The notes below the pieces were generated by a model that made no database searches, was not told the DNA's origin, and was given only the letters and a program-made list of their open reading frames with translations. The position numbers were made by a program, and so were the translations under genes. Positions 37,626 through 45,612 of a stretch of 64,000 nt of DNA are shown piece after piece; the stretch's first letter is position 1, and every line of letters begins with the position of its first letter. The stretch covers positions 6,941-70,940 of the forward strand of contig JAZNNG010000059.1 in assembly GCA_045580165.1 (NCBI GenBank), given 5' to 3'. The stretch is from Eubacteriales bacterium (GTDB taxonomy: Bacteria > Bacillota > Clostridia > Oscillospirales > CAG-272).

Positions 37626-38717
37626 ATGAACAACATTTCGGATTATCTTGACTGGAGAGGCGACCTCTCAATAAGCACAGACGGCTTTAACGAGGTCGAC
37701 AACCTTGTTCTGTCGGTTATAGCATATATGGATTTCAACAACGTCGTCCCCGCAGAGCCGGGCGAGGGCGGAATAACCTTACGCGACGCGGTTGCGCGCC
37801 TGTGTGAATTAAAGATGGACCGTCAGAATCTCGGTGTGATGATGCCCGAGATAACAAACGATTTCGTAAAGCGCGCCTGTGAAACCCACCGTTTCGGGGA
37901 GATAAGGCTTTATTCCTACGTTGATCAGATCGACGAGCAGCTCGAAATGCAGTTTTCGGCAATCACGTTTCTTCTCCCCGACAAGAGTATTTTCGTCGCA
38001 TTCCGCGGCACAGACGACACCCTTGTCGGCTGGAAGGAAAATTTCAATATGAGCTTTGCCTCCCCCGTTCCCGCGCAGGTGGCGGCGGTGGAGTACTTAC
38101 TCGATATTGCGTACTCGATGAGAGGGCGTATCCGTATCGGAGGTCACTCAAAGGGCGGTAACCTCGCTATATGGGCGGCGGTAAACGCGCCCGTCAGAGT
38201 GCAGAGGCGCATTGTCGGCGCGTACAACAACGACGGTCCGGGGTTTGAGGAAAAGATCACCGAGCGTGACGAATACAAGGCAGTCGCCGACAGGCTTTTC
38301 ACCCTCGTTCCCGAATCATCGGTGGTGGGTATGCTGCTTGAGCACACCGAGGACTACGAGGTGGTAAAAAGCTCGCAGACCGCGCTTTTCCAGCACGATC
38401 CGTTTTCGTGGAAGCTGCTCGGCACCGAGTTTATAAAGGCTCCCGACCGAAATAGCTTCAGCAAGCACACCGACACCGCGCTCAGAGGCTGGATAAGCTC
38501 GCTCTCCCCCGAGGAACGACAGCATTCCACGGAGGTGCTTTTCAGCGTGCTTGAGTCTACGGGCGCAAAGACTCTGTCGGACATCACCGACGGAAAGCTC
38601 AAGAGTCTCGGCACTATACTAAAGTCGCTCAACACGGTCGACAAGAAGACGAAAGACAACCTTTTCCTCTTGGTGCGTAAAATGCTCGAGCTTGACAAGA
38701 TCTCATTCTGGAAATAG
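37626..38717 (+). CDS. Mbeg1-like / DUF2974-type alpha/beta-hydrolase-fold protein
   Basis: LDWRGDLSIS..., FRGTDDTLVGWKEN, and IGGHSKGGNLAIWAA (GxSxG-like nucleophile elbow) are typical of that family. Confidence 0.7.
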   Translation: MNNISDYLDWRGDLSISTDGFNEVDNLVLSVIAYMDFNNVVPAEPGEGGITLRDAVARLCELKMDRQNLGVMMPEITNDFVKRACETHRFGEIRLYSYVDQIDEQLEMQFSAITFLLPDKSIFVAFRGTDDTLVGWKENFNMSFASPVPAQVAAVEYLLDIAYSMRGRIRIGGHSKGGNLAIWAAVNAPVRVQRRIVGAYNNDGPGFEEKITERDEYKAVADRLFTLVPESSVVGMLLEHTEDYEVVKSSQTALFQHDPFSWKLLGTEFIKAPDRNSFSKHTDTALRGWISSLSPEERQHSTEVLFSVLESTGAKTLSDITDGKLKSLGTILKSLNTVDKKTKDNLFLLVRKMLELDKISFWK

Positions 38718-38785
38718 AAGAAGCGTAGCGATTTATACTTTTCGCTACGCTTAATTTTTTTGTACAATCATCATTTACACTAATC

Positions 38786-38976
38786 AGCCTTCTCCAGCGG
38801 GAGAAGGTCGAGTGACGGATGAGGTGTTTTCACAACAGTTTCAAATCACTGTATTCCAAGCCAAAATGTCTTAAAACATCTTCCGTTACCGATTTGAAGC
38901 TTTTTGTTATACGGAATCATTTGAAACTCCTCATCCACCGCTATCGCGGTCCCCCTTCTCCCTCAGGAGAAGGCTG
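38786..38976. repeat. MITE-like element with about 40-nt imperfect terminal inverted repeats (family copy 2)
   Basis: Left end AGCCTTCTCC-AGCG-GGAGAAGGTCGAGTGACGGATGAGG. Right end CCTCATCCACCGCTATCGCGGTCCCCCTTCTCCCTCAGGAGAAGGCT. The reverse complement of the right end aligns with the left end. The core is AT-rich and unrelated to copy 1. Confidence 0.7.
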
Positions 38977-38978
38977 TC

Positions 38979-39788
38979 CTATATTCTTGTTACACCCGTC
39001 TTTAATTCAACGGGCTCACCGTCGACGCACAGCCACACGCTTATCGCGCTCGGGTTTACAAACATTTTTCTGTTTGCGGAGATTTCAATTCTCGACAGAG
39101 CCGTGCAGTAATCGTAGAGCTCGCTACAGGTGGCAAACCATATCTTGTCGCTGTTCTCACCTGCTTTTTGGCAGAAGGCTTCCATAGTTTCCCACGAGCA
39201 TTTTGGATTCTCTCCGAGATACGCCCACGAGTGTCCCCATACGAAAAGCACCATAAGCTCACGCCACTGGTTTGCAAGCATTTCGTCAAGCTTTTCCAAA
39301 ATCCCATGTGCGTGCGACATAGTGGGATTCCATACCGTGAAGCGTTCGGGAAGCTTGAATTTTTGAGTAGTCGCACCTGCCCGAGCATATTTTACGTCAA
39401 GAGCCTCAAGCAGCTCAACGACCTGCTCGTTATACGTTCCGCAGGGGTATGCAAGCCCGCGTACAGGATAGCCCGCAAGCTCCTCAAGCACCTCTTTGTC
39501 GCGCTGAATCTGGTACATCACCTCGGCGCGTGGAAGAAGCTGAAGCTGAGGGTGCGAATAGGTGTGCATTGCTATCTCGTGTCCGGAGTACATCTCACGT
39601 ATTTCGTCGACCTTATCTGCGTACTTTCCGCCCGGAACGTAATTATAGCCGCACAAGTTAAAAGTACCTTTTATTCCATTCTTGTTGAATATATCGATAA
39701 GCTGCTTATCGCCATCGACGTTTCCGTCGTCGTAGCTCATTATGATGACCTTTGATTTTCCGTCCTTGAAAAGATTAAGCATTGCCAT
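38979..39788 (-). CDS. polysaccharide deacetylase (CE4/NodB-like)
   Basis: MSYDDGNVDGD, GTFNL, and HTYSHP motifs. Paralog of the next gene. Confidence 0.85.
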   Translation of the reverse strand: MAMLNLFKDGKSKVIIMSYDDGNVDGDKQLIDIFNKNGIKGTFNLCGYNYVPGGKYADKVDEIREMYSGHEIAMHTYSHPQLQLLPRAEVMYQIQRDKEVLEELAGYPVRGLAYPCGTYNEQVVELLEALDVKYARAGATTQKFKLPERFTVWNPTMSHAHGILEKLDEMLANQWRELMVLFVWGHSWAYLGENPKCSWETMEAFCQKAGENSDKIWFATCSELYDYCTALSRIEISANRKMFVNPSAISVWLCVDGEPVELKTGVTRI

Positions 39789-39800
39789 TTTACTTTACCC

Positions 39801-40628
39801 TCACTCCTTGTCCCAATCTATGATAGTGACGCCGGGCTTCAATTCGTGCGGAACCTCGTCGATAGCCATCCATACGGATATGTTGCTGGGGTTGTAGAAC
39901 ATTTTTCTCTCGTAGGATATCTCAATACGCTTCATCGCCATCCAATAGTCGTAAAGCTCGATGTTAGTCGCACACCAGAGCTTGTCGCGGTATTCGTACG
40001 CCTTTTTACAGAATTCCTCCATATCCTCCCAGGAGCGCTTGGGCATAGGACTGTCAAGCTCGTAGGAATGACCCCAGACGTAGAGAATCGCGAGGTCACG
40101 GCGCTCCTTGGACTCGACCATATTCACAAGGCTGTCAAGAATGGGGCCGTGGTGATGGTAGCTCGGATGCCACTCGGTAAATCTCTCGGGGAAATAGCGC
40201 GAGTCGGTTGTCTTGCCTACTCTTGAATACTTGACGCCGAGCATATCGAGCACCTCGATAAGCTCCTCGTTATACGCGCCGAAGGTGTACGCCATTCCGC
40301 GAACGGGATAGTCGGTCATTGTTTCGAGCACCTGCTTGCACTTCTGAAGCTCGTATATCTGCTCTTCCCTCGGAAGTCTGTTGTGAAAGGGATGATGATA
40401 GCCGTGGAGCGCGATCTCGTGTCCGCGGTAGAGTTCTCTTATCTCGTCCTTCATACCGCCGTATATTCCACCCTCGTCATACTTTGCGCCGTTTAAGTTA
40501 AAGGTGCCCTTGACGCCGTATTTGTTGAAGATCTCAATGAGGTGTCTGTCGCCCTCAAGCACTCCGTCGTCATAGCTCATTGTGAGCGCGTTAATTTTTC
40601 CGTCCTTGAGAAGTCGTCTGAGTCGCAT
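39801..40628 (-). CDS. polysaccharide deacetylase (CE4/NodB-like)
   Basis: MSYDDGVLEGD, GTFNL, and HGYHHP motifs. Collinear with its paralog, with many conserved blocks by eye. Confidence 0.85.
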   Translation of the reverse strand: MRLRRLLKDGKINALTMSYDDGVLEGDRHLIEIFNKYGVKGTFNLNGAKYDEGGIYGGMKDEIRELYRGHEIALHGYHHPFHNRLPREEQIYELQKCKQVLETMTDYPVRGMAYTFGAYNEELIEVLDMLGVKYSRVGKTTDSRYFPERFTEWHPSYHHHGPILDSLVNMVESKERRDLAILYVWGHSYELDSPMPKRSWEDMEEFCKKAYEYRDKLWCATNIELYDYWMAMKRIEISYERKMFYNPSNISVWMAIDEVPHELKPGVTIIDWDKE

Positions 40629-40788
40629 AATAATCCCCTTTCTTATTCCGCCTCGCGTGGCTTTTTTATAATTTTAACACATTTTAAGGAATTTGCAATA
40701 CGGTTTTATAAACTTTTTCACTTAAGAGGGATATTGCCGCGCGTTTCGGGGAATTACTACCGTATAGATTATCGAAACGGAGATAAAA

Positions 40789-41232
40789 ATGAATTTAAGC
40801 GACAAGGAATATAAAAAGTACGCCGAGAAAAAGGCAAAGAGATCCGACCTCGCAACAGACTGTGTAAACGCGTTCTGGGTGGGCGGTCTTATCTGTGTTA
40901 TCGGCGAAATTCTGCACACGCTCTACATCCCTCTCGGACTCGGGGTCAAAAACACGTCTGGACTTGTTTCGGTGACGCTTATTTTTATCGCGGTGCTCTT
41001 AACGGGACTTAACGTGTTTGACAAGATAGCAAAATTCGCGGGTGCGGGTACGCTCGTGCCCATCACGGGCTTTGCCAACGCAGTCGCCTCCCCCGCCATT
41101 GACACCAAGGCAGAAGGGTGGATACTCGGTGTCGGCGCAAAGATGTTTACAATAGCGGGGCCTGTTATAGTGTATGGCGTGAGTGCAAGTGTGATTTATG
41201 GAGTTGTTTATTGGATAACCACTTTGCTCTAA
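40789..41232 (+). CDS. spoVAC: stage V sporulation protein AC
   Basis: LSDKEYKKYAEKKAKRS..., FWVGGLICVIGE, and GAGTLVPITGFANA are typical SpoVAC features, about 147 aa. Confidence 0.92.
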   Translation: MNLSDKEYKKYAEKKAKRSDLATDCVNAFWVGGLICVIGEILHTLYIPLGLGVKNTSGLVSVTLIFIAVLLTGLNVFDKIAKFAGAGTLVPITGFANAVASPAIDTKAEGWILGVGAKMFTIAGPVIVYGVSASVIYGVVYWITTLL

Positions 41233-41233
41233 C

Positions 41234-41264
41234 AAAAAAGCTTGCCAAGCGGCAAGCTTTTTTG
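41234..41264. terminator. strong terminator directly after spoVAC
   Basis: AAAAAGCTTGCC-AAGC-GGCAAGCTTTTT. Confidence 0.85.
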
Positions 41265-41274
41265 CTATATCGTT

Positions 41275-41565
41275 TTATAACAACTTCCATTCACTTTCTT
41301 TGCTTTCTCTAACAGCAGTTTGTCCGCATTTAAGGTTTGATACTTTGCTAACACTTGGATCAATATTGATGATCTCTTGCAGAGCGATTATTCGAGCATC
41401 TTCTGTTGTGTGATTGCCTCTGCATAGAAATTGCCAATCACCCTCATCATCGTGCTTAACATATAGAATCGGTTTGTTTTCTTCAATAATATGACAACAA
41501 GTAAAAACAGCCTGGTTTTTAGATTCCTTAAATTTGTGTTTCTTGAAAGACTTATCAAACATCAA
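41275..41565 (-). CDS. small DUF2185/Imm33-like protein (putative orphan immunity-type protein)
   Basis: 96 aa. CCHIIEENKPILYVKHDDEGDWQFLCRGNHTTEDARIIALQEIINIDPSV resembles the DUF2185 pattern (acidic-GxW-F..G). GAGGTGA SD. AT-rich. Confidence 0.6.
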   Translation of the reverse strand: MMFDKSFKKHKFKESKNQAVFTCCHIIEENKPILYVKHDDEGDWQFLCRGNHTTEDARIIALQEIINIDPSVSKVSNLKCGQTAVRESKESEWKLL

Positions 41566-41585
41566 ATATCACCTCAATTTATTTC

Positions 41586-41614
41586 ATTATAGCACTGTGC
41601 GGATTTGTTGTAAA
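41586..41614 (-). promoter_or_regulatory. sigma-A promoter of the Imm33-like gene
   Basis: Minus strand: TTTACA, 17-nt spacer, TATAAT. Confidence 0.5.
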
Positions 41615-41640
41615 TATTTTTGCAAAATTAATGGGTCCTA

Positions 41641-41774
41641 CTTGACCACAAGCAGAGGGATTCATCCTCGGCGTCGGTGCAAATATATTCAAAATCGCAG
41701 GGCCCGTTATCGTGTATGGCGTGAGTGCAAGTGTGGTGTACGGGGTTATTTATTGGATAACAACTTTATTCTAA
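41641..41774 (+). pseudogene. diverged 3' fragment of a spoVAC gene
   Basis: 41655-41774 is 97/120 nt identical to 41113-41232 and encodes EGFILGVGANIFKIAGPVIVYGVSASVVYGVIYWITTLF*. There is a 1-nt deletion/frameshift just upstream (about 41653). Most differences fall at third codon positions. Confidence 0.85.
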
Positions 41775-41777
41775 TAC

Positions 41778-41808
41778 AAAAGGCTTGGCCGATTTGGTCA
41801 AGCCTTTT
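41778..41808. terminator. terminator copy following the spoVAC fragment
   Basis: AAAAGGCTTGGCC-GATTT-GGTCAAGCCTTTT. Its position is equivalent to the 41234-41264 hairpin. Confidence 0.7.
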
Positions 41809-41813
41809 GGTGT

Positions 41814-42689
41814 TTATAGGGCATCAGCTTTTAAGCCTGTAAGTTCTTCAACCACAGGTAATTCGTAGCAAGGGATATAAATTCCCCACAAGTCGTTATT
41901 ATGTTCGAATTCCAATATATGGTAGCCCTTGCAAATAATACAACCGTACTTATCTTCGCTTAACTTATATTGTTTATATATCCCTTTGTTGTATTTCTCA
42001 TCTTTATTCCATCCGAGAATGCGAATGATTTTTTTGATTGATTTAATTGCTTTTATTTTGGACAACGGAATAGCATATTTTCCTTCCAGATTAGCTAAAT
42101 ATAAATTTTCTGAATCTGTAAAAATATGAAAAACAGGGGTGAAATACGGTGCGATTTGCAAACCTTTTTCGCAAACCTTAATATTGTCGTTCTTAATTTT
42201 GTAAAAGAAAGATAAAATATCAATTTCTTTTGAATCTTTGGGCACCTTTAAATCCGCAAAAATGGACTCACAGGTCTTTTCTAAATTATTGAGCTCTTGA
42301 GAATTTTCTTCCGTTTCCAAAACATTCTTTGCTTTATGCATACTGATAAGTTTAAGAAGCGCCCAAGCTACCAAACAAGCTCCGCCAAGCCAAAAAAGCC
42401 AAGAAGCGTTTTGATATGCTTCGCTGAGTGTAACACCGTCTTCTCCTCCCAAGGCTTTTAGTATGAAGATAGCGATAAGAGCTCCAACTGCTCCACAAAT
42501 CCAATGTCCAATTCGTATGGGAAGCGGCAGTTTGCTTTTTTCAATCGTTTCCTCAACATTTTCAGAAGAAGATTCAAGAGATTGTGTTAGAAATAAAGCC
42601 GGCTTCACTACCACCAATTCTTCACCATTAATTTGTTCGTTTTTCTTATTTTTTGTAAGGTCAATTCCCAAAAATGGTTTCATTATCAA
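41814..42689 (-). CDS. hypothetical membrane protein (2 TM) with C-terminal soluble domain
   Basis: 291 aa. Two hydrophobic helices (HWICGAVGALIAIFIL, WLFWLGGACLVAWALL). AGAGG SD. AT-rich. No family recognised. Confidence 0.65.
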   Translation of the reverse strand: MIMKPFLGIDLTKNKKNEQINGEELVVVKPALFLTQSLESSSENVEETIEKSKLPLPIRIGHWICGAVGALIAIFILKALGGEDGVTLSEAYQNASWLFWLGGACLVAWALLKLISMHKAKNVLETEENSQELNNLEKTCESIFADLKVPKDSKEIDILSFFYKIKNDNIKVCEKGLQIAPYFTPVFHIFTDSENLYLANLEGKYAIPLSKIKAIKSIKKIIRILGWNKDEKYNKGIYKQYKLSEDKYGCIICKGYHILEFEHNNDLWGIYIPCYELPVVEELTGLKADAL

Positions 42690-42713
42690 AACCTCTTTTT
42701 TTATGATTACCGT

Positions 42714-43172
42714 TTAATTTTTGTCTGCTGAACTCAATGCCTCGTTTATAAGGTCTACGAGTCTATCGCTCAAGATCGCCATTGATTCTATGTGTACCTT
42801 TTGGTCTGCAACGTAAAGTGTCATTGAATCGGAGTTTTTCCTCAAGCCCTTAATGTCGGTGAACGCATAGGTGTAAGTTTTTCCGAACATTGTGGTATAT
42901 GTAAATTGGTTATCCGAAATTATATGAATGGTCTGGTTTTTCCAACAAAGCACCGCTGCTATTCCGAGCACTATTGCGAGCACAGCACCGACTATCGCCC
43001 ATACCGAAAGGCTGATTGCAAAATAAACGCCGAGTGCAATTCCACCGACCAAAAATACGATAGCCATAGAAAGCAGACGTTCGGGCAGGTACATATCTGC
43101 ACGAGGCTTACTATCATCCATAGTCACGCCAAGTAAACCTTCAATAATCTTTGCAATAATTTTAAGCTTCAT
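42714..43172 (-). CDS. hypothetical membrane protein (2 TM) with small C-terminal domain
   Basis: 152 aa. Two helices (LSMAIVFLVGGIALGVYFAISL, AIVGAVLAIVLGIAAVLCW). AAGGAGG SD. AT-rich. Confidence 0.7.
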   Translation of the reverse strand: MKLKIIAKIIEGLLGVTMDDSKPRADMYLPERLLSMAIVFLVGGIALGVYFAISLSVWAIVGAVLAIVLGIAAVLCWKNQTIHIISDNQFTYTTMFGKTYTYAFTDIKGLRKNSDSMTLYVADQKVHIESMAILSDRLVDLINEALSSADKN

Positions 43173-43200
43173 AAAAAACCTCCTTGCAAGCTTGCTGCTT

Positions 43201-43229
43201 TAATTATAGCACAACAATTATAGCACAAC
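43201..43229. repeat. tandem 15-nt duplication creating twin extended -10 boxes on the minus strand
   Basis: AATTATAGCACAACA followed by ATTATAGCACAACA. Read on the minus strand this is TTGTTGTGCTATAAT twice (TGn-TATAAT), upstream of the 42714..43172 gene. Confidence 0.6.
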
Positions 43230-43309
43230 AAAAACTCAAAGTAAATACTGTCGGTATATTTTTCTCCTTTATGTAAATGCTATTAAAAATATCCTTGTGT
43301 GGAGGAAAA

Positions 43310-44314
43310 ATGAGAATTATAAAATTACTAAGCGCACCCACAATAGAGCGCGCGGTGAGCGTTGTCGGCAAGAAGGAGCACGACGGGCCTCTCGGTGCTC
43401 TCTTTGACGTCTGCGACGAGACCGACACCTTTGACGCCGACACCTGGGAAAAATCCGAGAGCGAGATGCAACGCATTGCCCTCGACACGGCTCTCACTCG
43501 CTCGGGTCTGTCGGCGTCTGACGTCGGCGCGCTTTTCGCGGGCGACCTTATGAATCAGTGCACGAGCTCGTCCTACGGGCTCGCTAATTTCGACATTCCC
43601 TACTTCGGTCTCTACGGCGCCTGCTCGACCTGCGCCGAGTCGCGTATGCTTTCGTCTATGCTCGTGGATTCGGGCAAGATCACACGTGCCGCCGCGGTAT
43701 GCTCGTCGCACAACTGCAGCGCCGAGCGTCAGTTCCGTTTTCCGCTTGAATACGGCGGTCAGCGCACCCCCACGTCACAATGGACCGTGACGGGTGCAGG
43801 CGCTTTTATTCTCGGCGAGAGTAACGGCGCGAGTCCGAAAATCACCGCGGTGTTGCCCGGCAAGGTGGTCGACCGCGGCATCAGCGACGTCAACAATATG
43901 GGCGCGGCTATGGCTCCTGCCGCAATCGACACCATCGGCACATACTTTAAGGAAAGCGGTGAGTCGCCCGAGGATTTCGACGCGATAGTGACGGGCGACC
44001 TCGGCTACGAGGGCTCGTCCATTCTGGTGGATATATTAAAGTCAAGCGGGCTCGATATTTCAAAGCAGCATAAGGACTGCGGTCTTCTGATATACGACGG
44101 TGAAAAGCAGGACACCCACGCAGGCGGCTCGGGTTGCGGATGCTCTGCCGTGGTGCTTGCCTCGTATTTTCTGCCAAAGCTCAAAAGCGGCGAAATGAAG
44201 AAGATTCTTTTTACCGCCACGGGTGCGATGATGTCACCGACAAGTCTGCTCCAGGGGCTCACCATTCCGGGAATCGCTCATCTGTTGAAGATCGAATCGG
44301 CGCAAGGGGGATAA
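43310..44314 (+). CDS. spoVAD: stage V sporulation protein AD
   Basis: Thiolase-like SpoVAD pattern (VVGKKEHDGPLG, GACST, GGSGCGCSA). GGAGGA SD before ATG 43310. Confidence 0.92.
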   Translation: MRIIKLLSAPTIERAVSVVGKKEHDGPLGALFDVCDETDTFDADTWEKSESEMQRIALDTALTRSGLSASDVGALFAGDLMNQCTSSSYGLANFDIPYFGLYGACSTCAESRMLSSMLVDSGKITRAAAVCSSHNCSAERQFRFPLEYGGQRTPTSQWTVTGAGAFILGESNGASPKITAVLPGKVVDRGISDVNNMGAAMAPAAIDTIGTYFKESGESPEDFDAIVTGDLGYEGSSILVDILKSSGLDISKQHKDCGLLIYDGEKQDTHAGGSGCGCSAVVLASYFLPKLKSGEMKKILFTATGAMMSPTSLLQGLTIPGIAHLLKIESAQGG

Positions 44315-44318
44315 GCTT

Positions 44319-44675
44319 ATGATGAATTATATATGGGCGTTCGTTGTCGGCGGTCTGTTCTGTGTTGTCGCGCAGATTCTCATTGACAGGACCAAGCTTA
44401 CTCCTGCGCGGATACTCGTCGGCTACGTTGTTGCAGGTGTGATACTCACCGCGGTCGGCGTATATCAGCCACTCGTCGACTTCGCAGGCAGCGGTGCGAC
44501 CGTGCCCCTCACGGGCTTTGGTTACGCGCTCGCCTGCGGTGTGCGCGAGGCGGTCGAAAAGGAGGGACTCTACGGCGCTCTGCGCGGCGGTCTTACCGCC
44601 ACAAGCGCAGGCATCGCCGCCGCGATGTTCTTCGGGTTAGTGGCTTCGCTTGTTTTCAAGGGAAAGCCGAAGTGA
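44319..44675 (+). CDS. spoVAE: stage V sporulation protein AE (AEB type)
   Basis: 118 aa with FVVGGLFCVVAQILID and GATVPLTGFGYALA motifs. Confidence 0.9.
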   Translation: MMNYIWAFVVGGLFCVVAQILIDRTKLTPARILVGYVVAGVILTAVGVYQPLVDFAGSGATVPLTGFGYALACGVREAVEKEGLYGALRGGLTATSAGIAAAMFFGLVASLVFKGKPK

Positions 44676-44884
44676 CGCGAGGGATTTTTCGGCTTTTTCG
44701 AGAAAAAGCCTCGGCAAAAAGCTTCAAACAGCGTGAAGACACGTCTTCGCGCGGGTATGGGGACTTGATTAGGTCTACTCTCTGAATTTTATCAGTTTTA
44801 TTAGGAGCATTATCTCAACCTTTAACGGATATTCGTTCAAACTGCTCGACCACATTTTTCGCGGCGCTCTGCTTGGGGCCCACC

Positions 44885-45078
44885 ACCGCCAAGCGCGCCT
44901 TGTCTGTAGTAAGCGTTCGGGTATGGGTCGATATTTCACTCGCCACAAAACCTCACGCGCGCCTTGCCCGTGGGGGCTACCCGCCGCGCTGTATGGGAGC
45001 CGACCCTTGTCGGCCGCGCGTTTCGCCTGTCGGGGCGCCTCAACCGCGTTTTGCCCGTGGGGGGCGTCCCCACCCGCA
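44885..45078. repeat. cluster of GC-rich REP-like repeats
   Basis: The motif GCG(C)..TTGYCYGTRG occurs three times, starting at 44893, 44957 and 45044. A TGTATGGGA-GCCGAC-CCTT-GTCGGC-CGCG hairpin lies at about 44990-45018. No credible coding frame. Confidence 0.6.
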
Positions 45079-45110
45079 AAAAAAAGAACGGCTCTCGCCG
45101 TTCTTTTTTC
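45078..45110. terminator. bidirectional terminator
   Basis: AAAAAAAAGAACGGC-TCTC-GCCGTTCTTTTTT. Confidence 0.85.
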
Positions 45111-45128
45111 GTTATCATTCTGATGAGA

Positions 45129-45548
45129 TCAAACCATTTCGGAAATAAGCTTGTCAAGCCACTCGCATGCCGCGCTCATTTCCTCGGGCTTTACTCCCTT
45201 GAGGAAAGGAAGTCCTCCCTTAACGTAAAGCACGTTATCAAACACGTTTGCGCCCGCTTCCTTGATCTTGTTCTTGAGCGCCTCGGCGCCTGCCTCGGGA
45301 CCGTCGATGATAAGAGCTACGTTATTTGCGCGCTCCTTTGTAAGCTCACCTGCAAAGCGCTCGAGCGTTGTGTCGAGAGTCTTTGACACGCTCGCTACTA
45401 TTACCACCATTCTCTCCTTATTGCAGGAGTATGCGGGGGGAATCTTATCGTAGCTGTTTGCTACGTCGCTTGCGTACTTTCCAACTATCTCCTGTGCGAG
45501 AGTGTGGAGCTTTCCTTTACCTGAATATACAAGTGCTCTGAGTTTCAT
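45129..45548 (-). CDS. hypothetical protein (possibly flavodoxin-like fold)
   Basis: 139 aa. GGAGAAAAA SD. The alternating beta-alpha pattern (LVYSGKGKLHTLAQEI..., VVIVASV..., VALIIDGP...) suggests the fold. No firm family call. Confidence 0.55.
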   Translation of the reverse strand: MKLRALVYSGKGKLHTLAQEIVGKYASDVANSYDKIPPAYSCNKERMVVIVASVSKTLDTTLERFAGELTKERANNVALIIDGPEAGAEALKNKIKEAGANVFDNVLYVKGGLPFLKGVKPEEMSAACEWLDKLISEMV

Positions 45549-45612
45549 TTTTTCTCCATTCTGCCGTGGCTACGGCTGCATTTATTTTTTACTCCGACAT
45601 ATCGGAGAGCTT

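Noticed and set aside
38819-39187. 122-aa plus-strand ORF
   Set aside because: It starts inside MITE-like copy 2 (its RYRGPPSPSGEG segment is the repeat arm) and continues antisense to the CE4 deacetylase gene.
43173-43309. Sigma-G/sigma-F forespore promoter for spoVAD
   Set aside because: I looked for GHATR-17/18-CAHWHTA or sigma-F-like elements. Only weak partial matches were found (GTATA at 43253 without a credible -10), so no call was made.
44826-44842. A third site of the ACGAATAGG-type motif (GGATATTCGTTCAAAC)
   Set aside because: It is a single half-site with no partner 21 bp away and no adjacent promoter, so it is probably chance.
44873-45386. ORFs 44873..45148, 44923..45123, 44936..45157 and 44964..45386
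   Set aside because: They are mutually overlapping frames across the GC-rich repeat cluster and terminator. They are Arg/Pro/Gly-rich, have no SD, and partly lie antisense to 45129..45548.
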